A DNA stretch of 63,269 bases, filler included. It is 5 parts of 5 records of this genome, joined end to end, with 100 filler letters (N's around TTAATTAATTAA, not from the genome) between each part and the next. Parts side by side here need not be neighbours in the genome. Positions count along the whole stretch, not along the records: positions 29,220 to 46,887 come from SRR31156797_26324; positions 46,988 to 54,503 come from SRR31156797_26331; 3 more parts are not named here. One strand, given 5' to 3'. The translations under genes were made by a program, and so were the position numbers. Shown piece by piece: positions 38,975 to 50,400 of the stretch (position 1 is the stretch's first letter; every line of letters starts with the position of its first letter). The notes beneath the pieces were generated by a model. It saw nothing but the letters and a program-made list of their open reading frames with translations, was not told where the DNA came from and did not search any database.

Positions 38975-40003
38975 TCAGGGACAGGACTGCCGCAGCACCA
39001 GCTTGGGGAGGAGAAAGTCTCCCTCTTCGGGAACCGGCAGAGGCTCCTCCTTGAACGTTTCCTTGATGCCGTTGATCAGGGAGACCACGCTCTGCCTTCC
39101 CAGGGAGAAGGCGGGACGATGGATGGTACTCAGGGAGGGATCCAGGTAACGGCTCCAGGGCAGGTCGTCGAATCCCAGTACGGCCACGTCCTCGGGGACG
39201 CGGATGCCGTCCCGCTTCAAGGCATGGATAGCGCCGATGGCCATCTCGTCGTTCTGGGACCAGAGAGCGTCCAGCTCCCCGTTCGCGGCCAGCAGGCTGC
39301 GGACGCCCTCGATCCCGCTCTCCACAGACCAGTTCCCCTCATAAAAAAGGCTCAGGTCCGGGGCGATCCCCCTTTCCTCAAAGACAGAGAGGAAGCCGCG
39401 GCGCCTCTCATCCACCTCATAGAGGTAGGAGGGACCGGTGAGACAGCCGATGTTCCGGAAGCCCTTATCCAGCAGATGCTCCGCCGCGATCCGGCCTCCC
39501 CGGTGGTTGTCGATGTTGATGGAACGGACCCTGGGATCCTCCGGGGCATAGCCCAGGGTCACAATGGGAGTCCCCGACGGGATATTGTCCAGGATGGAGA
39601 ATTTGTCGTTACAGGAGCCGTGGTAGATGATCAGGATCCCCTCCAGCCTCTGCTGCTTCAGAAGATCGGAGAAGACGGGCTCCCCCTGCTCCCGGGTCTG
39701 CACGCCGCTGATGATGGTGTGGAAACCATGCTCCCGGGCGCACTGCTCGGCCCCCTCCAAGATGCGGCTGTAGATGGAGCCGCTCACCGACACCGTCAGG
39801 ATTCCCAGGGCGTAGTTCCGTTTGTGTACCAGCCCGCGGGCCAGGGGATCGGGAGAATAATCGAGTCTCTCCATGATCTCCTTGATCCTCTCGCGCGTCT
39901 CGACCTTCACATCGGGCATGTTGTTCAGTACCCGGGAAACAGTCTGCCGGGAGACTCCGGCTTCCCGGGCTATATCAAGTATGGTGACGCGTTTTGAGGG
40001 CAT
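38975..40003 (-). CDS. LacI-family repressor
   Basis: TILDIAREAGVSRQTVSRVLN, GFDD, PSLSTI. Confidence 0.95.
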   Translation of the reverse strand: MPSKRVTILDIAREAGVSRQTVSRVLNNMPDVKVETRERIKEIMERLDYSPDPLARGLVHKRNYALGILTVSVSGSIYSRILEGAEQCAREHGFHTIISGVQTREQGEPVFSDLLKQQRLEGILIIYHGSCNDKFSILDNIPSGTPIVTLGYAPEDPRVRSINIDNHRGGRIAAEHLLDKGFRNIGCLTGPSYLYEVDERRRGFLSVFEERGIAPDLSLFYEGNWSVESGIEGVRSLLAANGELDALWSQNDEMAIGAIHALKRDGIRVPEDVAVLGFDDLPWSRYLDPSLSTIHRPAFSLGRQSVVSLINGIKETFKEEPLPVPEEGDFLLPKLVLRQSCP

Positions 40004-40004
40004 A

Positions 40005-41462
40005 TCAAATACTGAAATCCTTTAGAGTGTCTTTGGCTTCCGACAGGAAGACCATATCGTCCCGGAAGACGTTGGGCTTTCCTTCTGCGGCGATTATATC
40101 ACACTGTCCCTTACCGTAAACAGCTTCCTTTATACCGTCGTTTATCCTGTCGGCATACTCGCTGAACCAGCTTTTCAGCTCCAGCCGCAGCAGGCGGACC
40201 GTCTCTTCATACTCCGAATAGCCGAAGAGGTTCCTGAACTCATCGGGATCCTCTTCCAGGTCATAGAGTTCGTGGGGGCCGTAGGGGAAGCGATGAATGT
40301 ATTTATACCGCCCCCGGCGGATCATCCTTACCGGCCCGTACTCGTTGAATATGACTACCGGTCTGTCCCCCTCCTCCTCGGGCCGGCTCAGGAGCCGGAG
40401 CCAGCTTGTTCCGGGCAGATGCCTCTGTTCCTTCCTATCCAGTAGGTCCATGATGGTCGGGAAGATGTCGTAATGACTCACGGCCGCTTCCAGCACCCTT
40501 CCCTGGGGGATGAGGCCGGGGCAGCTGACGATGGCCGGGACCTTCACCGAGGACTCGAACATGTTCTGGGGAAAGGTTCCGTTGCCCTTGCCGTAGATGC
40601 CGTGATGCCCCATGTTCATGCCGTTGTCGCTGGTGAAGAAGACGATGGTGTCCTCCTCGAGCCCCGAGTCCCGGAGCCAGTCCAGGACACGCCCGATATT
40701 GGCGTCCATGGCGGTGATGGAGGCGTAGTAGCCGCTCAGGATCTCCCTGCGCTTCTCGGCGGAGTAGCCCACGGGGGCCGTATTGATCTGCCAGGGATGG
40801 ATGGGCAGATGGGGAACCGACTCGAAGGGACAGGCATCGTAATAACTGTCGAAGATCTCGGAGGGATGATTATCCCGGTCCCAGGGGCTGTGGGGCGCCG
40901 TGAAGGAGAGGGTCAGGCAGAAGGGCTCGCCTCCCCCCCGGGCCTGCTCCAGGAAGACGAGGCCTTCGTCGGTGATCCTGTCGCTGATGTACTCGTCCTC
41001 CCGGACCAGCTTTCCCTCTTTGTACATCTCTCCCCCGTAGTAGGGGCCGGCCCCGTGGGCGTGGGTGTACCAGAAGCTGTGCCCCTTGCGGGGAGTGGGA
41101 GAGTCTCCCAGATGCCATTTCCCGCTGTAGCCCAAAGTATAGCCCGCGTCGGCCAGCAGCTCGGTGAAGAGCTCGGCTTCGGCCAGATAATCGGTACAGC
41201 GACCCTCCTTGTTGTCCAGGGGGCTGTTCCCCTCGGCGATCCAGTCCAGAACGCCGTGGGACGAGGGGATCCGGCCGGTAAAGATGGAGGCCCTGGCGGG
41301 AGAGCAGACCGGCGAAACGCAGTAGCAGTTGTCCAGCCTCATACCCCTTTCCGCCAGGGCGTCCAGATGGGGCGTGCGGATCTCGGCGTTGCCGCTGCAG
41401 CCCATGGCCCAGGCGCCCATATCGTCGCAGAGGATGTTCAGGATGTTGTATCTCTTATTCAT
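40005..41462 (-). CDS. Cys-type S1 sulfatase
   Basis: NILNILCDD, TPHLD, CSPARASIFTG, GKWHLG, SDNG; real start MNKRYN rather than the 740-aa ORF start. Confidence 0.92.
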   Translation of the reverse strand: MNKRYNILNILCDDMGAWAMGCSGNAEIRTPHLDALAERGMRLDNCYCVSPVCSPARASIFTGRIPSSHGVLDWIAEGNSPLDNKEGRCTDYLAEAELFTELLADAGYTLGYSGKWHLGDSPTPRKGHSFWYTHAHGAGPYYGGEMYKEGKLVREDEYISDRITDEGLVFLEQARGGGEPFCLTLSFTAPHSPWDRDNHPSEIFDSYYDACPFESVPHLPIHPWQINTAPVGYSAEKRREILSGYYASITAMDANIGRVLDWLRDSGLEEDTIVFFTSDNGMNMGHHGIYGKGNGTFPQNMFESSVKVPAIVSCPGLIPQGRVLEAAVSHYDIFPTIMDLLDRKEQRHLPGTSWLRLLSRPEEEGDRPVVIFNEYGPVRMIRRGRYKYIHRFPYGPHELYDLEEDPDEFRNLFGYSEYEETVRLLRLELKSWFSEYADRINDGIKEAVYGKGQCDIIAAEGKPNVFRDDMVFLSEAKDTLKDFSI

Positions 41463-41479
41463 GGCATATTCCTCGCTAT

Positions 41480-42301
41480 TTACTCTTTCAGGGCTCCGGC
41501 GGTCATGCCGTCCACGAACGCGTTCTGCAGGAACAGGAAGACGATCAGTATGGGCAGGGAGATGGCTACCGAAGCGGACATCATCTCCACCCAGCGGTAC
41601 TCGAACTCCCCGATAAAGGAGAGGGCGATCCCCGGGGCCAGGGTCCGTTTGATATCGGAGATCGTCAGGGTCAGGCCGAAGAGGAAGTCGTTCCAGGAGA
41701 AGATGAAGATATAGATCCCCGCCGCCGTCAGGCCGGGACGGGTCAGGGGCAGGATGATCCGCCCGAAGGTCTTCATCCTGCTGCAGCCGTCGATATAGGC
41801 CGACTCTTCCAACTCGGTCGGTATGGTGTCGAAGTAGCCCTTGATGATCCAGATGGTCATGGGGAGGGCGAAGGTCGTGTGGGCGATCATAACCCCCAGC
41901 AGGGTGTCGATCAGATGGATCTTCGCAAAGAAGATATAGAGGGAGATCAAGAGCAGGGCCCAGGGGAACATCTGGGCCGACAGGGTGACGAGCATCAGCG
42001 CCTTCCTGCCCCTGTACTCGAAGCGGGAGAAGGAGTAGGCCGCCAGGCTTCCGGCGACGACGGAGATAAGGACGGTCCCCAGGGCGATGACGATGCTGTT
42101 TTTGAAGAAGAGGACGAAGGAACTCTGAAGGAGTTCGGCATAGCCGCCCAGATAGGGCGCGGCGAACCAGTCGGGGGGAAGAAGGAAGACCCCTTCCCTT
42201 GTGGTGAGGGAGATCTTCATCATCCACAGCAGGGGGAAGACGAGGGTCAGGGTCAGGGCCGCCAGCAGAATATGATTGATCAGGGGATTCAGTTTTTTCA
42301 T
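41480..42301 (-). CDS. Carbohydrate ABC permease (MalG-like)
   Basis: LEESAYIDGCS, WNDFLF. Confidence 0.92.
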   Translation of the reverse strand: MKKLNPLINHILLAALTLTLVFPLLWMMKISLTTREGVFLLPPDWFAAPYLGGYAELLQSSFVLFFKNSIVIALGTVLISVVAGSLAAYSFSRFEYRGRKALMLVTLSAQMFPWALLLISLYIFFAKIHLIDTLLGVMIAHTTFALPMTIWIIKGYFDTIPTELEESAYIDGCSRMKTFGRIILPLTRPGLTAAGIYIFIFSWNDFLFGLTLTISDIKRTLAPGIALSFIGEFEYRWVEMMSASVAISLPILIVFLFLQNAFVDGMTAGALKE

Positions 42302-43203
42302 CAGTATCTCTCTCCTCTGGTCAGGCTGCGGATATAGAACACAGCGAGAACCAGGAGCAGCACAAGCCAGGTCACGCCTACGGCGGATGCGGCTCCCATC
42401 TGATAGCTCACGAAGGAGCGGTTGTAGACCTCAAGGGCCAGGGTGGTCGTTGCGTTCACCGGCCCTCCGTTGGTGAGGTTGAAGATCTGGGTCACATCCT
42501 GGAAAAGGCGAACGATGGACAGGAGGCAGGAGAGTCCCAACAGGTCCCGGATAAAGGGGATGGTTATGACGAAGAAGCGCCTGACGGCTCCCGCCCCGTC
42601 GATCTTCGCCGCCTCCACGATGCTGGAGGGGATGGTCTGGAGGGCGGCCAGGATCATGACCATAAAGAAGGGAATCCCCCTCCAGGCGTAGTCGATGATC
42701 AGGGCCCAGCGGGCGGGCATGGGCTCTCCCAGCCAGAGGAACTTGCCCACTATGATCCCCAGCTTCTGGAGGATGAAATTCAGGATCCCGAAATCGGCGT
42801 TGTAGATGATCATCCACAGAAGGGCGACCACGATCTCCGGGATAACCCATATGAGGAAGATCATTCCCCGGTAGACGTTCCTTCCCCTGAAGGGGCGGTT
42901 CAGGGCCAGGGCGATCCCCAGGCCGAAGAGGAACTGAAACAGAACCGAAAGAAGGACGATGAACAGGGAGTTGAACAGGATCTCCCAGTAGGCGGAGGAG
43001 CTGAAGAGCTTGATGAAGTTCTTCAGTCCCACGAATTTATAAACCGGATTGATCAGGGAATAGCTCGTAAAGGAGAGCAGAATCCCGTTGACCAGGGGAT
43101 AGACCAGGACGATGCCTGCGGTCAGTAGAGCGGGTATCAGCAGAAGGTAGGGGGTGAGCCTGTCCCTCAAGCTGTAGGCCGTTGAAATCTTATTACCTGC
43201 CAA
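42301..43203 (-). CDS. Carbohydrate ABC permease (MalF-like)
   Basis: FVGLKNF, EAAKIDGA, TNGGP. Confidence 0.92.
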   Translation of the reverse strand: MAGNKISTAYSLRDRLTPYLLLIPALLTAGIVLVYPLVNGILLSFTSYSLINPVYKFVGLKNFIKLFSSSAYWEILFNSLFIVLLSVLFQFLFGLGIALALNRPFRGRNVYRGMIFLIWVIPEIVVALLWMIIYNADFGILNFILQKLGIIVGKFLWLGEPMPARWALIIDYAWRGIPFFMVMILAALQTIPSSIVEAAKIDGAGAVRRFFVITIPFIRDLLGLSCLLSIVRLFQDVTQIFNLTNGGPVNATTTLALEVYNRSFVSYQMGAASAVGVTWLVLLLVLAVFYIRSLTRGERY

Positions 43204-43319
43204 AACAGTACCTCATTTCCAGGGGTGATGAGCCGCCTCCGTCTCAATGCGGAGACGGCCCTGTTATTAAATCCTACCGGAATGGTTTTCCGGAACTTTT
43301 TTAACTCTTGAACTTGTTA

Positions 43320-44594
43320 TTAGTTAGAAAAGATCTCTTTGATGCTCCTGTCCAGCTTCTCTACCACGGGAGCGGATTCGGCGCCCAGCATCACTTCCTG
43401 CAGCCCTGTAGCCAGCTCTTCCAGAGCCGTATTCAGATTGGGATTCTGGGAGGGCAGGCAGACGGCGAACTCGGAGGATTCGATGAACACCTCGACAAAG
43501 GGATCGTCGCTGTACATGGGATCGGCAAGCAGGGAACGGTAGACGGGGATGGCGCCCATGTTCTTGTAGTAGAGGCTGGTGATATCCTTGTCCATGGTCA
43601 GGGTCCGGATGATATCCGCCGCCGTGTCGGCGACCTTGGACTTTCCACTGACGGCCAGAACATGGTTGTTGCCGATACCGTGACGCTTTCCATCCCTGCC
43701 GACGGGATAGGGGCCGATCACATAGCTGTCGTCAGCGGCCTCGCCCTGTCCGGTGGAGTTACGCATGATCCCCTTCATCCAGGGACCGTCGAAGAGGAAG
43801 CCCACCTTGTTCTGGGCGAAGAGGTTTCTGGTCTCGGGGATGGACATTCCCACGGGAACCTCCCTGTTCATACCCATTTTTCTGTACCAGTCGAAGGCCT
43901 GAACGGCCTCGGGACTGTTCAGCCTGACCTGGCCGTTCTCATCGAACTCGCCTCCCATTCCCCAGAGGACGGGGAGGAACCAGAACGCCGTATTAGAGCC
44001 CTTTGCGGTTCTGGCGCCGAAACCGTAGACGTCATCGCCCAGGGCGGAGATCTTGTCTACAGCAGCGAGCAGCTCGGGCCAGGTACCGGGAATCTCTTCC
44101 TTCAGCCCGGCCTGCTTCAGAAGCTCCTTATTGGCAAGTACGGCGATGGGCGCGATCTGCCAGGGAACGGTCAGAAGCTCTCCGCCGAAGTATCCCGCAT
44201 CCAGCGCGGCTGTGGGAATATCGTTCAGCTCATCCTTCTGATAGTAGGCGGACAGGTCTTTCAGGGCATTCATATTGGCCAGGGGCAGAGAGAACATGGG
44301 ATTCAGCTGCATGATATCGGGGGCGTTTCCCGCCGTAGTGGAGACGATGATCTGCTGCTGGGTCTGGGCATAGGGGATATTGATCAGCTCGATGTCCACT
44401 CCCGGGTGGTCGGCCTTGTACATATCCAGCATCTCCAGAAGGGTATCCCGGCTTGCCCCTTCGGTGGCCAGCCACGACGACATTCTCACCTTCTGCGGTC
44501 CGCTGTTCCCAGCGTCTTCCTGCTGCCCCGCAGCAAAGACAAACGATACAGTCATAAGCAATACAAGCAGACTTGTAACAACCTTTTTACACAT
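43320..44594 (-). CDS. Carbohydrate ABC substrate-binding protein
   Basis: VFAAGQQE signal, GNAPDI, NKELLKQAGL...P.TW.EL. Confidence 0.9.
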   Translation of the reverse strand: MCKKVVTSLLVLLMTVSFVFAAGQQEDAGNSGPQKVRMSSWLATEGASRDTLLEMLDMYKADHPGVDIELINIPYAQTQQQIIVSTTAGNAPDIMQLNPMFSLPLANMNALKDLSAYYQKDELNDIPTAALDAGYFGGELLTVPWQIAPIAVLANKELLKQAGLKEEIPGTWPELLAAVDKISALGDDVYGFGARTAKGSNTAFWFLPVLWGMGGEFDENGQVRLNSPEAVQAFDWYRKMGMNREVPVGMSIPETRNLFAQNKVGFLFDGPWMKGIMRNSTGQGEAADDSYVIGPYPVGRDGKRHGIGNNHVLAVSGKSKVADTAADIIRTLTMDKDITSLYYKNMGAIPVYRSLLADPMYSDDPFVEVFIESSEFAVCLPSQNPNLNTALEELATGLQEVMLGAESAPVVEKLDRSIKEIFSN

Positions 44595-44634
44595 TAGAGT
44601 CCTCCTTGATAAAGACGAAATTCGGGCTTAAATC

Positions 44635-44692
44635 AAATTGTGATCGTTCCCGTGAACGTTCACAATTTAACATTGCCCCTGATATCTGTCAA
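44635..44692 (-). promoter_or_regulatory. Sigma70 promoter with tandem LacI-type operators
   Basis: Minus strand TTGACA-17 nt-TAAATT; palindrome GTGAACGTTCAC (44652-44663) with adjacent degenerate GTGATCGTTCCC. Confidence 0.78.
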
Positions 44693-44721
44693 GATTAATT
44701 CCAGCGGGACAACAAGAAGAC

Positions 44722-45534
44722 CTACTCAAGGGCTATGGAGATCCGTATAAGGAACTGTTCCTCCTCCACCTGGGTAAACGAGTCGAGGAGCACGTCCTCA
44801 TAGCCGTCGCCCCGTACCCGCAAACCCTTCTCCCTGAGATAGTTAAACAGCCGTTCGTAGGAGTCCTCAATGGTGTCAAAACTCCCCCTGTGATGCCCGA
44901 TGAGGTACAGCCCTTCCGGTTTGCGCCAGCTCTCCTCGGCGGGAGCCTCATCGGCCTCGTAGCTCCGGAAGGTCACCCGGTCGACCCAGTACTCTCCCGT
45001 CTCCAGAAACCGTTTTATGTTCACAAGGGCGCCGCTGCCGAATATCCAGCCCCCCTTTCCGTCGAAGCTGCGCTCCGACTCCTTGAGGACCCTGATAAAC
45101 TCCTCATCCGACTGGTCCCTCAGAGGCCGGGTAACGTTGAAACGCTCCTCGCCCAGAGTCTCCAGACGGATCTCGCCGGCATCGACCTCCATCGCTGCGG
45201 CCACCTGAGCCGTACCCCTGTCCATCCGCCGCTTCACCCTCTCCAGACCCCTGATCTTCTCCTCCAGACTCTTCCGCTTCACAGCCATAAGATCCAGAAA
45301 GGCCTGTGAGCTCTTGCTCTGGAGATAGGTTTTGATCTCCCCAAGAGGGGTATCCAGCTCCACCAGCAAAGAGATGTTCTGAAATGATTCCACCTGAGAG
45401 ATATCGTAGTAGCGGAAGCCCCTGTGGTCTGTATGATGGGGCAGGAAGAGCCCGATCCTGTGATAGTAGATCAGGGTCTGTTTGGAGACATCGCACAGGC
45501 GGGCGAACTGAGCGGTTTGAAGAAATTTTCCCAT
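44722..45534 (-). CDS. MerR-family activator with GyrI-like effector domain (BmrR/BltR-like)
   Basis: FARLCDVSKQTLIYYHRIGL, GFRYY, HRGSFDTIEDSY. Confidence 0.9.
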   Translation of the reverse strand: MGKFLQTAQFARLCDVSKQTLIYYHRIGLFLPHHTDHRGFRYYDISQVESFQNISLLVELDTPLGEIKTYLQSKSSQAFLDLMAVKRKSLEEKIRGLERVKRRMDRGTAQVAAAMEVDAGEIRLETLGEERFNVTRPLRDQSDEEFIRVLKESERSFDGKGGWIFGSGALVNIKRFLETGEYWVDRVTFRSYEADEAPAEESWRKPEGLYLIGHHRGSFDTIEDSYERLFNYLREKGLRVRGDGYEDVLLDSFTQVEEEQFLIRISIALE

Positions 45535-45552
45535 GGAAAGGCCCCTTTCTCA

Positions 45553-45583
45553 TTGACTATATAGTAACTATATACCTTAGAGT
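45553..45583 (+). promoter_or_regulatory. MerR-type 19-bp-spacer promoter and dyad operator
   Basis: TTGACT-19 nt-TAGAGT enclosing TATATAGT-A-ACTATATA. Confidence 0.82.
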
Positions 45584-45599
45584 GGGGGTTGAGAAAGAT

Positions 45600-46887
45600 A
45601 TGTTAGATACAATAAACGCAAAGAGCTTCACAAGATTTATTATGCCCTCGGTCCTCCTTATGGTCTTCGTCTCCATATATACCACGGTAGACGGGATCTT
45701 TATCGCCCGCTTCGTAGGCCCCGACGCCCTGGCGGGACTGAACCTCTCCTTCCCCATCTACAGCATCGCCTTCGCCGTGGGGATCATGTTCTCCACCGGT
45801 GGCAGCGCGGTCATCGCCATCCGCATCGGCCGCGGGGAAAGGGAGAAGGCGGCGGGGAATTTCACCTTCCTGACCCTGGCGGGGGTTCTCTTCGGAGCCC
45901 TGGCCTCGATCATCTGCCTGATTTTCAGAGAAAAGCTGATCGCGGCCACCGGCGCCAGCGACATGGTTCGTCCCCATGCCCTGGCCTACAGCGTCTTCCT
46001 TATCATCAGCTTCCCCTTTCTTATAACCAAGGTCCTTTTCGAGAGTCTCCTCAGGGTGGACGGCAAGCCCCGGCTGGCTCTGGACATGACCATTACCGGA
46101 GGGCTCATCAACCTCATTCTGGATTACATCTTTATGGGGCCCATGGACATGGGTATCGCCGGAGCCGGATTGGGAACCCTTCTGGGCATCATCCTCTCGC
46201 TGGTCCCCGGGCTGCGGCGCTTCTGCTCCCCCGAATCGATCCTCCGCTTCCGATGGGAGGGGGCGGATCTGCAGTTCCTGAAAAGCACCGTAAGCAACGG
46301 CTCCTCGGAGATGGTGAACGAGTCGGCCCTGGCCCTTACCACCATAGTCCTCAACACCCTGGCCATCCGCTATATGGGAGACCGGGGGCTGGCGGCAGTG
46401 GCGGTTCTCATGGCCCTTCAGTTCCTGGGCGTGTCCTTTATGCTGGGCTACGCCTACGGCGTCTCTCCCCTTGTCAGTTACAACTACGGAAGGAAGAACG
46501 GCGGGAATCAGCAGAGGATCATGCTCTACTCCACGCGCGTACTGACCGCAGCGGGACTCACCCTCTTTGGCTTGATACAGATTGCCGCCGGGCCCCTGAC
46601 GGAGATCTACCTGCCCCGGGGATCGGAGGGCTTTGGTCTGGCCCTCAGGGGACTGCGCTTCACAGCCTTCGGCTTCCTCATTACGGGGGTGAACATATAC
46701 GTTTCCGCCCTGTTCACCGCCTTTGAGAACGGGAAGATCTCGGCCCTTCTGTCCTTTACCAAGTCCTTCGTGATCTTCATGCTGATGGCCCTGATCCTGC
46801 CCCCCCTTCTGGGGAACGACGGGATATGGCTGATCTACCCTCTGACAGAGGCGGCGACCCTGGCGATCTCGCTCTTCTTCCTGCTCC
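45600..46887 (+). CDS. MATE-family efflux transporter (3'-truncated)
   Basis: YTTVDGIFI, NLILDYIF, GIAGAGLGT, SYNYG, GIWL. Confidence 0.92.
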
Positions 46888-46987
46888 NNNNNNNNNNNNN
46901 NNNNNNNNNNNNNNNNNNNNNNNNNNNNNNNTTAATTAATTAANNNNNNNNNNNNNNNNNNNNNNNNNNNNNNNNNNNNNNNNNNNN
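46888..46987. other. Artificial contig spacer
   Basis: N-run + TTAATTAATTAA + N-run. Confidence 0.99.
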
Positions 46988-46988
46988 T

Positions 46989-47108
46989 TACAACGGCATA
47001 TTCGGCTATTCCATGGGGGAAACCGAGGATCGGGCTCCGGTGTTCAACTACCCAGTGGACGAGGGAAACATCACCAGCGAAATCACAAACCTCCGGATTC
47101 CGAACTGA
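46989..47108 (+). CDS. 3' end of an unidentified gene
   Basis: Open frame YNGIFGYSMGETEDRAPVFNYPVDEGNITSEITNLRIPN* running from the contig edge. Confidence 0.35.
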   Translation, partial: YNGIFGYSMGETEDRAPVFNYPVDEGNITSEITNLRIPN

Positions 47109-47465
47109 TGCTTTTCCGCCTGAGGTGCTTTAAAAACCCAGGGGCCCTGGATATCTGATTAATTCCCGGGCCTCTCTACTCCGGAGACCTGCACCCGACT
47201 TCTTCCTTTGGAAATTAAGAACGTGTGAACTGACAATCATAGCCGGTCACCTTTCATTTCATTAAGTCAACATATCTAAATTTGTAGTATAATTTACTTT
47301 TACAGAAAAAGATTTATTTATAGGAGAAGAAAGAAAAAGGAAAGCTGATTTGCAATCTATGGTATATTAATATATCGTAATTTAAATGGACAGGCTTGTA
47401 TAGACAACTTCCAGATGGATCAACGATCGTATTAAAATAGACATCAAAAACTAAAATGAATTAAC

Positions 47466-50400
47466 ATGCGAAATATCAAATGTTTTTACCTAGTGATCAT
47501 AATTCTATTTTTTTCCCCTAACTTTATTTGTGCTCAGACGGATATTAACGCTGAACACAATAATTTACCATTTTCCTATGCGAAAAAAGCGATAAAACAA
47601 AAAGCTGAGGATGTTGCCAGGCAGATTGAGATATATTTAAATGCTTATCCTGATAAAACTTTGGAAGATTTGCAAAATGACCCTGAATTTCAGAAAATTG
47701 CAATTCAACCAGTAGGGAAAACAGGCTATACACTTATTGGCGATTATAACAAACTGGTAATTCTTTTTCATCCCAAAAAGGTTTTGATCGGGGTTGAGTT
47801 AGAGAGCTTGAGCAAAAAATATCCTGTACTGTGGGAACTTGCACAGCAGGCAAAGGGGGGGCATGATACCGGCGGGGTATATGAGTTCCCAGATTTAGAC
47901 GGGGTGATTAAAGACAAGTATTCATATAGTAAAACAATTAAGAGAAAAACCGCAGATGGCGTTGGTATGTATGTTGGCGCTACAACTTATTTATATGAGT
48001 ATGAAACTATTGAGTTTGAGAAAAAGGGAAAGGAAAATTTCCCCGTAATCCCAGTGACTTGGTTTCTGGTAGTAATAACTTTTGCTATCTTTGTTCTATT
48101 TGTTCTAAATAAACTGGACATAATAAAGCTTGGAAAAAATATCATTATCCTTTTTTTGGCAATTGCCTTATTGCTGATATCTGGATTGTTTATTTTCAAT
48201 GCATATAACATAACAAAAAATTTGAAGAAAACTGCGATTGACAATTATTTTGATACGCTTAGGGCTACCGCCTATAGCATGCATATACACGTCGAACATC
48301 ATATAACCCATTTACAAAGTTTATTTAGAATCTTAACCCATAGAAAGACTGTTTCAAATGAATATTTAATGGAAATGGTTAAACTGGTTGACTATTTTTT
48401 TGAGATTTTTATTATAGATTCCAGTGGAAAAATAACACATGCGTCAAATAATTCTCATATTGGTCTTTCCCGTTTAACCGCCCCCTATTTCAAAAATGTA
48501 AAAAAGGGAATTTATATAAAACCACTCTATTTTTCTGAAACCATAGACAAGGTTTCATTCACAATCTCCACTCCTTATAATAGTGGCGTATTGGTTGCAA
48601 AGATGAATCTTAATCATATTTATGAGATGATCTCAAAAAGAGTTGGACTTGGAAAAACCGGAGAGGGGCTGCTTGCATACAAAAATGAAAATGGAGATGC
48701 TGTATTCTTTACAAATAGAAGATTTGAAACTGAAGCTGAAGCAAGACATATAATCCCAAAAGAGGATGTCAATATCCCTATAACGCAGGCATTATTAGGG
48801 AATGAAAAAGAATTTTCAAATTATGTAGATTATAGGGGGGTTCCTGTATTTGCCGTAACAAAACTTATTGATGAGATTGATGCCGGGCTTGTTGTTAAGA
48901 TCGACCAAGAAGAAGTATTTAACTCAGTTTCAGGTAATATATATCAAATTTGGTATTCTGCAGCCATAATGATTTTTTCAATCATTGCTATCGGTATAAT
49001 TTTCTATTTTATACTGACATATTCACTTCGAAGGGAAGTAAAAAGCAAAACTCATAAGCTTGAAAAAACCACAAAAGGGTTAAATGAGAGAGTCAAGGAA
49101 TTGAACAGCCTTTATAAAATATCAAAATTGGCTGAACAACCTGATATGCCATTAAAGAATATTTTCCAGAGTCTGGTTGATTTCATCCCCACAGGGTTGC
49201 AATACCCTGAGATAACCTGTGTAAGATTAATAATAGCTGGTGACGAATACAAAACAGTTAATTTTAAAAAAACTGAATGGAAACAAACAGTAGATATTAA
49301 TGTAGCAGAAAGCAGAGTAGGTGTTTTAGAAATTTTTTGTTTGGAAGATAAATTAGAGAACTATGATGGCCATTTTTTCGAAGAAGAGAGGGGTTTTATA
49401 AATGAACTTGCAGACCGTTTAGGGCGTTTGTTTGAGCGCAAACAGGCAGCGGAAGTAATTTCTCGCTTTGGTCGCATTTTTGAAACCTCTTTAAATGAAA
49501 TATTCCTGTTTGAACAGGATTCATTGAGATTTATTCAAGCCAACCCAGCTGCCCTACATAACTTGGGGTATACGATAGAAGAACTTAAAAAATTAACGCC
49601 CATTGATATAAAACCAGAAATTTCAGCAGAATCGTTTAAAAAGCTTGTCTCGCCTTTAATTAAAAAAGAAACAGAAAGAGTTGTCTTTGAGACGGTTCAT
49701 AAACGTAAAAATCAGTCTCTCTATAATGTCGAAGTCCACTTGCAATTACTAAAATATGAAGACAAAGGGTTATTTGCAGAGATTATATTAGATAGTACTG
49801 AACGGAAAAAAGCCCAGGAAGAAAAAATCCAGTTGGAAGAACAATACCGGCAGGCCCAGAAGATGGAATCCATTGGGCGCTTGGCAGGGGGTGTGGCACA
49901 TGATTTCAACAATGCACTCAGCGTAATAAGGGGGTTTACTGAATTTGCCTTGGAAAATGCGGCCCCACAAGGCCCACTGCATGAAGACCTCAATGAAATC
50001 CTAAAGGCCGCCATGCGTGCCACAGATATTACCAGGCAGCTACTTGCTTTTGCCCGCAAGCAGATTATCTCGCCTCAAACACTTGATCTGAACGAGGTAA
50101 TTGAAAGCATGCTTAAAATGATTCGGCATCTCATAGGCGAAGATATTGATCTTGCCTGGCGACCCGGGGTGAACCTATGGTCCATCAAAATGGACCCCTC
50201 TCAAATTGACCAGATTCTGGTGAATCTGTGCGTCAATAGTCGGGACGCCATTGAGGGTGTGGGCAAGGTCACCATCGAAACGAATACTGTGTGCTTAGAT
50301 GCGGCCTACTGTAATGATCATGCAGGTTATACTCCAGGTGAATTTGTATTATTAGCAATAAGTGATGACGGCTGTGGTATGGCAAAAGAAATCCTGGACA

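Noticed and set aside
41463-42227. Apparent 255-aa N-terminal extension making a 740-aa sulfatase
   Set aside because: Off-frame read through the upstream permease; the sulfatase has its own RBS and ATG at 41462
21112-44597. Long antisense ORFs 21112-22554, 35460-37214, 40473-41714, 43308-44597
   Set aside because: Each lies entirely opposite a well-supported gene
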